NCBI GenBank assembly: GCA_038154685.1 | Contig: JAYPYW010000002.1 | Location: forward strand, 51,070-115,069 | DNA length: 64,000 nucleotides | Direction: 5' to 3' | Source of the DNA: Flavobacteriales bacterium | Lineage (GTDB): Bacteria; Bacteroidota; Bacteroidia; Flavobacteriales_C; GCA-002722245 | In this document: positions 36,474 through 44,645 of the stretch, one piece after another | Layout: each line of letters starts with the position of its first letter | How positions within the stretch are numbered: the first letter of the stretch is position 1 | Made by a program: the position numbers and the translations under genes | The notes under the pieces: generated by a model | The model's input: only the letters and a program-made list of their open reading frames with translations | The model's database searches: none | What the model was told of the DNA's origin: nothing

Positions 36474-37166
36474 TTAAAAACTAACAAATCGATCCCACAA
36501 CTTCTGGTATTCATTTAAATAAGCTTTCACCATTTTAGGATCCTCTGTAACTAGAAGGTTTTCTTGATTTCGATCGGCTGCACTTTTTGTCCAATTGTAG
36601 CTCCCTGTTAGTAATGTCTTTTTATCCACGATGCAAAACTTATGGTGCATGTGACTGCTAGCTTCATCTATTCTAATTCTTATTCCTTCATCGGACAGCC
36701 ACCTGATATCACTCCCCTTGTCGTTAATCTTATCGTTGTCTGTAATTATGGTAACAGCAACTCCTTTTTTCATAGCCGCAATTATTTCCTCTGAAATTAC
36801 GTTTTCACTAATAGTAAAAACACAAATTTTAATACTGTGTTTCGCATTTCTAATGCATGATACAATAGCGTTTTCACAATCATCTCCAGGACTAAAATAA
36901 CAGCGATTTTCTGGAATATCAACATCCTTTACTTTTGGAATTAAACACTTATTTACCTCCTCGATCCACTGGATAATTTTAACCTCATCAACAGTTGAGG
37001 CCCCTTCTTGCGTTAAAGCAAAGAGCTTGCTTCTTAGAACATTTAAATCATGTGGAGTGTAATCCTCAATCTTTAACATTTTCTTTAAAGTCTGACGATC
37101 CCTACTGTAAAATGCTTTTGTTTGAAAAGAAGCTTTAAGGAAGTTTACAATTTTATGCATATCCAA
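36474..37166 (-). CDS. Phospholipase-D-superfamily single-HKD nuclease (Nuc-like)
   Basis: Single HxK(x4)D(x6)GSxN motif: HMHHKFCIVDKKTLLTGSYNWT. 230 aa. No signal peptide. It starts 12 bp after the stop of the 979-aa T9SS type-B protein on the same strand. Confidence 0.6.
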   Translation of the reverse strand: MDMHKIVNFLKASFQTKAFYSRDRQTLKKMLKIEDYTPHDLNVLRSKLFALTQEGASTVDEVKIIQWIEEVNKCLIPKVKDVDIPENRCYFSPGDDCENAIVSCIRNAKHSIKICVFTISENVISEEIIAAMKKGVAVTIITDNDKINDKGSDIRWLSDEGIRIRIDEASSHMHHKFCIVDKKTLLTGSYNWTKSAADRNQENLLVTEDPKMVKAYLNEYQKLWDRFVSF

Positions 37167-37177
37167 AAGTATCGCAT

Positions 37178-40117
37178 TTAATGAATTAGCGAAACTCTTC
37201 CGAGAAGAACTTTTTCATCTAATATCCCGTTTTCATTTTCGAACGAGTAAACTATTCGATAAACGTAAACATCTTGCTGAGCTGGCCTATTATTGAATGT
37301 TCCATCCCAACCAACTCCGAAATTATTAGTAGTAAAAATGTTCATTCCCCATCTATCAAAAATGTCCATTCGGTAATCCAAAATATACCCGTTAGAAACA
37401 GGGTAAAACACATCATTACGGCCATCATCATTTGGTGTGAATGCATTCGGCGTAAATAAAAGAGCCGAGCAGTAATCTCTTAATTCAATTTGCAAATCAA
37501 AACTGCAAAATTCGTTTGAAACTGTTACTTGATAAACCCCCGCTGAATCAACTGGTTTAGAAACGGAACTTGAGCGATCAAACGCCCAATCAATAGTCAT
37601 TAAACTTAAGTCCTCACCCACTAAAATAAGCTCCGTGCCTTCAAAATTGAAACAATAACTTGATTTACCTCCTAAATCTACTAAGGCAACATCAGTACTA
37701 ATTTCAGTAACGTTTATTTCAAACGTATCAGCACAATATAAACTATTAACAGTGGCTTGATAAGTACCCGGAAAACTTACGGTTTGGGTTGAAGATCTAG
37801 GCCCATCGATCCACATAATACTATATGTAGAGTAGCCAGAATCAGGTTGTAAAACAATACTATCTCCCTGACAATACCATAAATCCTTTTCGCTGAAAGG
37901 ATCAGGAATGGTATCCCCGAAAACATTAATTGAAATCGAATCATCACAACCATGATCATCAAAAACTCGCAAGGTATAATTACCTAAACTATTTATTGTA
38001 ATCTCCTGCGTATTTGCTCCAGTGCTCCAATCATAATTAAATCCTACATTACCCGCGTCTAAAACAAAGGGCTGTTGGTAGCATAAGGCATAACTTGTGT
38101 CTAAAAGAATGTTCGGGACGGGATTAACGGTTAATTCTAGTGAATCAGAAACAGAACAACCATTGGATCCTATTAAGGTCAATTTGAATTCTCCACTTGT
38201 ATTGATTTCAATTGATGTATCCGTTGAACCTGTACTCCAATTAATATCTATTGTATCTGTTGGAGAAAATAGAGTAGTATCTTCACCACTACAAATTGTA
38301 ATGTCATCTCCTAAATCAAAGACAGGTGGTGCATAACCTAATGCTATTTCAACTGTATCATATGATTTACAACCATATTCTGAAGTTACTTCAACGAAAT
38401 AAGTCCCTGCTGTTGAAATGGTTATACTAGGTGTAGTTTCAGTAGTACTCCATAAATAAGAACTACTAGGGTATTCAGCGTCCAAAGTTTGTTCACTATC
38501 AGGACAAATAAAAGTATCCTCTCCTAAATTCACATTAGGGTAATTATGAACAATAACAACTGTAGAATCTGCTGTCCCACCCATAACTCTTGATTTAGAA
38601 AAGGTAATATTATCTAATGCAAAATCATTTCCTCCAAGTGTTGTGTTTTTGTTAACCAGACACACTTCCGCGGAAGTTTCTGAAGCTGAGTTCCAGTATT
38701 CAGTAAAAGTTGTCCAATTGCAATCTACTGGATCCGGCGAGAAAGCTGCTCCAACATCAATGTTATTAATCATAAACCCAATTGAAGCTGGATTTGTTGA
38801 AGATACACTAGTTAACATTGTTGAAATTTCATAATTTGTATTCTCCTCAACAGGAATATCTCTACAGATAATCTTTTTGTTTAAAACATTATCTCCATTT
38901 ACAATCAATAAATTACCACCTGCAACAGTGTTATCTGAACAACTTGACCAAGTTGAATTTAATGCAGTTGGACTAGAAGAAACGCAAAATTCCCCATCGG
39001 CTAAATCTGAAGTAAGTGAACAGTTTTCGTTAAAATCAGTTGTAAATGCCCCACCAGCCTCAAAATCTGGGTTTGCAAACAGGTTAGTTCCAGAAAGGCG
39101 AATAATTCTATCCCCAAAATAATATACAGTTGACTCGAGTGGCGTAACGTCTATTTGTGTTGGACTAACCTCTACATATGGCTGACTACCTACCCACTCT
39201 CCTACACCAGTATTAGATGTAATTACACCAGTTTCTCCAAGGCACAAATTCAAAGTATCAGCAAGTCCGTAATCTTCAATACATTCAGGGTTGGTTATTG
39301 TTGCTAACCTACTTGTTCCGGTATCCTGGCCAGCACTTCCTGCAGAAATTGGAATACCATCATCATCTACAGGTCCGCTTAACATCGTTCCACTAATATC
39401 TGTTCTTATAAAACCACCACCTCCTTCAATTGCATCTAAACAACCATCATTATCGCTATCAAAATCTAAGTAATCATATATGCCGTCTCCATCTGTATCA
39501 CAGTAAATTGGAAAATCTGCTCCAAAAGCAAAGTTTACATAAAACTCATCAGCCAAGTAATCAAACTCAATTTCCGAATAAATACCATTTAACCTAACTA
39601 CTAAGAAACCTTCCTCACCTATTACTTCTGTATCAGAAACAACTGTAACGCCTTCAGAAAATAAAACTTCGATTTCTTGTTGAAACTCGATGGGAACAGG
39701 AGTTTCAGCTCTACCTATTGAAGCAAATGCTAAAACAGGATTTTTTATTGGTGTATCAAATACCAGTACATTATTAGAAGCTAATGTATTTTGTATTACG
39801 TTTACCGAAGGAATTGTAAATTCACGGGGAAATGTTCCAGCTCTAAAAAGTAATGAGGTAACAATATCAAAATTGGAGGTATAAGTGTAATTTATTCCAT
39901 TAATGGTTCCTGTAGCTGTTTTCCCATCAACATCGGGATCAGAACTCCAAAAATAGTTACTTTGTCTACATTCATTGATATCTAGAATACCATCGTTATC
40001 ACTATCCTTATCAAAATCATCAATAACCCCGTCACCATCAGTATCCAAGCCAAGTTGACCAATCACTATGATTGGCATCAAAAAAATTAATAACAATAAT
40101 TTTATTGACTTTTTCAA
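37178..40117 (-). CDS. Large secreted protein with thrombospondin-type-3-like Ca-binding repeats and a T9SS type-B sorting domain (gliding-motility-associated C-terminal domain)
   Basis: Signal peptide MKKSIKLLLLIFLMPIIVIGQ. Asp-rich loops DTDGDGVIDDFDKDSDNDGILD and DTDGDGIYDYLDFDSDNDGCLD. C-terminus ...FTPNAFTPNDDGRNDVFYPV...WDGTFNNRPAQQDVYVYRIVY... is the type-B (CHU_C-like) pattern. Confidence 0.7.
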   Translation of the reverse strand: MKKSIKLLLLIFLMPIIVIGQLGLDTDGDGVIDDFDKDSDNDGILDINECRQSNYFWSSDPDVDGKTATGTINGINYTYTSNFDIVTSLLFRAGTFPREFTIPSVNVIQNTLASNNVLVFDTPIKNPVLAFASIGRAETPVPIEFQQEIEVLFSEGVTVVSDTEVIGEEGFLVVRLNGIYSEIEFDYLADEFYVNFAFGADFPIYCDTDGDGIYDYLDFDSDNDGCLDAIEGGGGFIRTDISGTMLSGPVDDDGIPISAGSAGQDTGTSRLATITNPECIEDYGLADTLNLCLGETGVITSNTGVGEWVGSQPYVEVSPTQIDVTPLESTVYYFGDRIIRLSGTNLFANPDFEAGGAFTTDFNENCSLTSDLADGEFCVSSSPTALNSTWSSCSDNTVAGGNLLIVNGDNVLNKKIICRDIPVEENTNYEISTMLTSVSSTNPASIGFMINNIDVGAAFSPDPVDCNWTTFTEYWNSASETSAEVCLVNKNTTLGGNDFALDNITFSKSRVMGGTADSTVVIVHNYPNVNLGEDTFICPDSEQTLDAEYPSSSYLWSTTETTPSITISTAGTYFVEVTSEYGCKSYDTVEIALGYAPPVFDLGDDITICSGEDTTLFSPTDTIDINWSTGSTDTSIEINTSGEFKLTLIGSNGCSVSDSLELTVNPVPNILLDTSYALCYQQPFVLDAGNVGFNYDWSTGANTQEITINSLGNYTLRVFDDHGCDDSISINVFGDTIPDPFSEKDLWYCQGDSIVLQPDSGYSTYSIMWIDGPRSSTQTVSFPGTYQATVNSLYCADTFEINVTEISTDVALVDLGGKSSYCFNFEGTELILVGEDLSLMTIDWAFDRSSSVSKPVDSAGVYQVTVSNEFCSFDLQIELRDYCSALLFTPNAFTPNDDGRNDVFYPVSNGYILDYRMDIFDRWGMNIFTTNNFGVGWDGTFNNRPAQQDVYVYRIVYSFENENGILDEKVLLGRVSLIH

Positions 40118-40247
40118 TTAAATTCCCTCCTTTAATAATCGTCTAAAATAGCTAAAACGATTTTAGCCCCTGTTTGTTACAGGAAAAACCCTGCTAAAAA
40201 CAAAAAATAAAAGGACTTAACAACCTCTTAAATAGAGAATTAACTTA

Positions 40248-41135
40248 TTAGAAATAAAAACCTTTGATCCTAATTCCATTTGGTCCTGAATATTCTAATG
40301 TCGGAAAAGGCAGTTTTACTACCATCATAGCATCCAATAAAACTCTAACTGCTTTATGTTTTGTTGAGATTTTTGTCCAATCAATATCTATCGAAAAATA
40401 ATATTGGCGATAACGTTGGATGTACTTAAAATCGCCTTTGTTATAAAATTCACTGTACATGTTTTCACCACTATAACCAAATGCAATGTTTAACCAATTT
40501 GGGATTTTTGAGTGTGGCACTATTCTGTTCAAATTAGCACTCAACCAATAAGTGTGGCCGTTATAATCATAAAAGAAACTTTGCAACTGATTTTCGCCTA
40601 AATACCAAGGTTTTTGTTCCGCCATTTTAGAGCGTTGGTAACTCATCTTCAATTTTATAATTTGATCGCCATACAATAACTCCTGCGCTACCAATAAAGC
40701 TGACCCAGAGGTGTTGGCAATTATATCTCCCCAAGAAAAACCCCAACCTTCATATAATCCATCATATATTTCGACAGGTGCTTGCAATACAAAACCTAAA
40801 GGACCACCGTAAATAAGTGATTTTGTTTTAGAAACACCAGCTTTTCGTAAACCATAATATCCTGTAAAACTTTCTTTATAAGCTGTTAAAGCATGACCAT
40901 ATTTATCCAACTGCAGCCAACCTTTATTGTCGTTGAAATAATGAAAAGGAACTCTTTCTTTATTATGATACCAGATATACTGAAGAAAGCTTAGTCCACC
41001 CAAATAAAAACCACTTTCTATGGCAATTAAAGTATTTGCTTTTTACGATTTATTGAATCTGGAAATTCTTGAATTTGGGCGCTTAACTTACCTAAATTCA
41101 GACATAAAATGAGGATTAAAATAAGTTTCTTCATC
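40248..41135 (-). pseudogene. Hypothetical secreted/outer-membrane protein with an apparent -1 frameshift between its signal peptide and body
   Basis: The ATG at 41135 gives MKKLILILILCLNLGKLSAQIQEFPDSINRKK, then stops. The ORF-track body (40248..41003, TTG start) is in the adjacent frame. Adding one T to the T5 run at 41040-41044 fuses them into one 295-aa ORF. Confidence 0.4.
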
Positions 41136-41169
41136 GCTTGTATAAACGATAGAGAATATAAGGGGTGCC

Positions 41170-42786
41170 TTATTTAATAATAAACTCAACTCTCCTATTC
41201 GAGGCCCTTAATTCCTTGTTGGTATTAGGTACTTTTGGAAGGGCTTCTCCAAAACCTTTCGACTTTAATCTCAGGGCTGAAACACCTCTTTCGATCAAGT
41301 AGTTTTTTACAGCTAAAGCTCGGTTATGTGAGAGAATCAGGTTAGTTCGGAAATCACCTATATCATCGGTATGTCCTTCAATTCTTATTGATATGTTTTT
41401 ATTCTTGTAAAGAATTAAATAAATCTCATCCACCACTTCTTTTGCGGCATCCGTTAACTCATCGGAATTAGATTCGAAAACCAGGTTAGGTAGAATAATT
41501 GTGTCACCTTTCTCTACCTTAATTTCAGGTTTCTCTTCTACCACTGCAATCTCTTCTTCTTCCACCTCAACAATTTGTTCCTGCGGACATTTTTTATGGA
41601 ATTTATTAAGCGATGGTAACCCTAATCCGGTATGCATTTTGTAATCGACAGTAATACAAATTTCCTCTGGTTGCCATTTTGCTTTTCCTCCAATTTCGTT
41701 GGGACGCTTTATTACTCCAATAAAGTTGCAACCTAATTCATAGGCTCTTCCATTAAAATCGGATGGAATGTACAAGCAACTATCCGGACCCATTTGAATA
41801 TGTCCAAATCTGGCATTTGTCTGACTACCATGATGAAGTACCATTCTGGAAGCGTTGATTTTTGATTCCTTGTTATAATAAATTCTGAACTGATTTACCT
41901 TTTCACCCTCACATTCCGTAACATAAAGCAAACTGTCGTTAGGCGAAAAACATACTCCATAAACATCTGTTGGATCAGAGAAATTATCGATGAAAGCAAA
42001 TTGTTTAGTAAGCCTACCTGTTCTATTATCAAACTCCATTAATTCAACTCCCCCTTTGTCTTTATCCTGCTTATGAAAGGTGGTGGCAATCACATTATAA
42101 GCATTGTTCACTGCCATTACTCCTATTTGAGGAGAAAACTCCGGATTCGTTCCTTCCACAGTTTCGAATTCTCCTTGAGAAACAATTGGTTTTTGAATAC
42201 CCTTTTTATTTACCAAAAATGATAGGTATTCTTTTGATTTCCCTCTTCTTCTTAAGACAATCCAATAATCGATGCCGTTGCAGTGAGGAACAACTGTTCC
42301 TGCTTCCATGAAGTCACCTACTATAAACTCTTGATTAAACTTTTTAAAATGAATTTTTTCACCGACTTTTATTTCACTGAACACCCAACTTTGAACTCTT
42401 CCATTTCCTCCATCCGGTGTGATAATTAAATACCTGTCAACAGATTCGGGCAATTTAACAGCCATGATTTGAGCATGCGTTCCTCTGGCTGTTAAAAAAG
42501 TATCACACTCATAATATTTATCATTCCAAACCTTAGTTCCATCGGAATAGAAAAGCACATTTCCTTCTTCGTCCCCCATTACTAAAAATGGTTCGTTTTC
42601 CACCCGCATCCATCTGTTTTGGATTCCCTTTTGAGTAGTTTGACCAGTTTGCCCTCTCACCACAAATGGACTCCCTTTAGTGAAGTTTAATCCTGCTTGA
42701 TATCCGAAATACCATTTGTTTGGTAATTTTTGAGCATTTGATAATGCTGAAAATAAAAGGAAAAATGCAAGGAAAATTCTAGTCAT
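41170..42786 (-). CDS. OmpA-family protein (N-terminal beta-propeller-like domain plus C-terminal OmpA peptidoglycan-binding domain)
   Basis: Signal peptide (the likely start is the Met at 42786, MTRIFLAFFLLFSALSNAQ). The C-terminal OmpA-like motif is NLVFESNSDELT...IEGHTDDIGDFRTNLILSHNRALAV.NYL... Confidence 0.65.
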   Translation of the reverse strand: MTRIFLAFFLLFSALSNAQKLPNKWYFGYQAGLNFTKGSPFVVRGQTGQTTQKGIQNRWMRVENEPFLVMGDEEGNVLFYSDGTKVWNDKYYECDTFLTARGTHAQIMAVKLPESVDRYLIITPDGGNGRVQSWVFSEIKVGEKIHFKKFNQEFIVGDFMEAGTVVPHCNGIDYWIVLRRRGKSKEYLSFLVNKKGIQKPIVSQGEFETVEGTNPEFSPQIGVMAVNNAYNVIATTFHKQDKDKGGVELMEFDNRTGRLTKQFAFIDNFSDPTDVYGVCFSPNDSLLYVTECEGEKVNQFRIYYNKESKINASRMVLHHGSQTNARFGHIQMGPDSCLYIPSDFNGRAYELGCNFIGVIKRPNEIGGKAKWQPEEICITVDYKMHTGLGLPSLNKFHKKCPQEQIVEVEEEEIAVVEEKPEIKVEKGDTIILPNLVFESNSDELTDAAKEVVDEIYLILYKNKNISIRIEGHTDDIGDFRTNLILSHNRALAVKNYLIERGVSALRLKSKGFGEALPKVPNTNKELRASNRRVEFIIK

Positions 42787-43112
42787 AGCATGGCTATTTA
42801 ACTCCAAAATAACCTATTCCTTCGTTGATTAAAAGATATTTGGTTGGACAGTTGCTGGACACCCCTCAGCCTGAGGGGGTAAAACATTCCGTATATTTAT
42901 AAAAGGAAGCATTTGCAGCTGGCATGAGTCAACCATTATTCGCATTAATAAAATCTTTAACCCCAACCGAGAAAGGGTACATCAAAAAATCAGGAGCAAA
43001 ATCTGGTAAAGGATCTCATCTTTCAATTATAATCTATTATTTTTCTATGTTGAAATATTACGATTAAATTATTTTAAATACGCGATTGGGAAAAAATTTG
43101 TTTTAAAAAATT

Positions 43113-44417
43113 TTGGCAAAGTACAAGATAGATGCTCAAAATATCATTCAAAAACGACTCACTTTATTTCATGAAGAAAAGCAGATTGAAATAAAACTAA
43201 GGTCCCAATTTAATCAGGGAATCGTTTTGCATAAAAAGGGGTTGTTTGATTTGGCGATAAGGCAATATGAAAAGACTCTGAAAACGGCGCTTGAATACGA
43301 AGAGTTCTCTGTTGCACTATCTATTTATTATAAACTGCTCTCTTTATATTACGCAGGTAAACTAGGCGTTGAATTCCCCTACATGGTTGGCTTCCAATCA
43401 TTGGTGAAAACGATGTCTGGTGAAAATAAAATCCAGGAGCTGAATACTGGTCTAGCAGAAATCCTTTTTGCTGATCACTTATCTGAACAGGAAAAGTTAG
43501 ATCGAATTGCTAGTATTAAAACAAGCGCCGATGCCATTGAAAACACGGATGGATTTATAACAAAGTGGGGACAGTTTTGCATTAACACACATTCTAATTA
43601 TTTGCTAAAAAATCATGAAGCCTCAAACAAAAGCAACAAAATCCAATTGGAGTTTTTGGCAGAGTATCCATTAATTCATGAAAAGGATCCACTCCGATAT
43701 GTAAAGCACCTAATTAATTACATTAATGGGAAGTTTAATGTTTCCGCTTATGAGGAAATTCCGGCCCTTTTAGAAAAGCTAAGAACTCTTCATGTAGGGG
43801 ATTTATCAGATCATTGCAACTTTATGAAATGGTCTTGCTATTATATTCATGCCATAAGTTATCATTTGCAAACCGGAGATTTTCAGGGTGCGAAAAAGGT
43901 TTTAGCAGAAGGTGATCCGTGGTTTGAAAAAGAAGAAGCCGAAGTACCAGATTATTTTAAGTTGCTTTTTTACGATGCCGCTTTTATTACCGAGTTTGGA
44001 AATGGAAATTATAAAGCCGCGCTTCAACAACTTAACAAACTGAGTAATTACAAATCTCAATTTAGAAGAGAGCTTCAAATTTCGGTAAAATTCTACAATA
44101 TCATTTTACACTTTGAATTAGAGAATTTCGATTTAATTGGATCGAAAATTCGCTCCTTATACCGCGAGTTAAAAACACATCAACCACAGCTCAGCAAAGA
44201 ATCAGAGACTATAAAATGGATAAGAAAGGGCGTTGAAAAAGTGAGTAACAAAATCGATTTCAAAAAGATTGCGCCTTCCTTATCCAGGGAACTGCGAGAT
44301 TTACATAAAGGGGAAGATCACAGTTTAATGTATTTTCCTTTTTTGGTTGCTTGGTTAGATAGTTTTGAGGATCCTGAGAGTTTTTATAAAACTTATTCCG
44401 AGTTTTATTTGAAATGA
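43113..44417 (+). CDS. Hypothetical helical (TPR-like) cytoplasmic protein
   Basis: 434 aa. No signal peptide or TM. Helix-rich repeats. It starts at TTG. It is bounded by repeat elements on both sides. I recognise no family. Confidence 0.35.
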   Translation: MAKYKIDAQNIIQKRLTLFHEEKQIEIKLRSQFNQGIVLHKKGLFDLAIRQYEKTLKTALEYEEFSVALSIYYKLLSLYYAGKLGVEFPYMVGFQSLVKTMSGENKIQELNTGLAEILFADHLSEQEKLDRIASIKTSADAIENTDGFITKWGQFCINTHSNYLLKNHEASNKSNKIQLEFLAEYPLIHEKDPLRYVKHLINYINGKFNVSAYEEIPALLEKLRTLHVGDLSDHCNFMKWSCYYIHAISYHLQTGDFQGAKKVLAEGDPWFEKEEAEVPDYFKLLFYDAAFITEFGNGNYKAALQQLNKLSNYKSQFRRELQISVKFYNIILHFELENFDLIGSKIRSLYRELKTHQPQLSKESETIKWIRKGVEKVSNKIDFKKIAPSLSRELRDLHKGEDHSLMYFPFLVAWLDSFEDPESFYKTYSEFYLK

Positions 44418-44427
44418 GTTTGAGTTT

Positions 44428-44503
44428 TCGCACACAGATTAATATGATTACACAGATTATTTATAAATCTCAAATCACGTTAATCGTATTAATCTGTGTG
44501 CGA
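44428..44503. repeat. Hairpin element with 17-bp perfect terminal inverted repeats
   Basis: Sequence TCGCACACAGATTAATA-tgattacacagattatttataaatctcaaatcacgttaatcg-TATTAATCTGTGTGCGA. The core CACAGATTAATA..CACAGATTATT is shared with 35966-35993. Confidence 0.5.
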
Positions 44504-44645
44504 TTTAACCAATAGTTTCCTCCCTTCGCAAGAATTACTTCTGAACTTTATATTCTCATCAGATTATTGAGATTATGGGATTTTTAGGATTTATAAATAA
44601 TCTCTTTAATCATGTAATCCTAATAATCTTTTGAGACTTAACAAG

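Noticed and set aside
40118-40247. Palindrome GCTAAAA-cga-TTTTAGC and hairpin cctgtttgttacagg between the frameshifted gene and the type-B cargo gene
   Set aside because: They are short AT-rich inverted repeats without a T-tract or conservation evidence. They could be an intercistronic attenuator, but this is not distinguishable from chance in AT-rich DNA.
42924-43076. 50-codon ORF MSQPLFALIKSLTPTEKGYIKK... as an independent gene
   Set aside because: It has no recognisable family and lies between repeat elements. It is only worth noting in connection with the downstream 434-aa gene, with which it shares a frame. I did not call it as a CDS.
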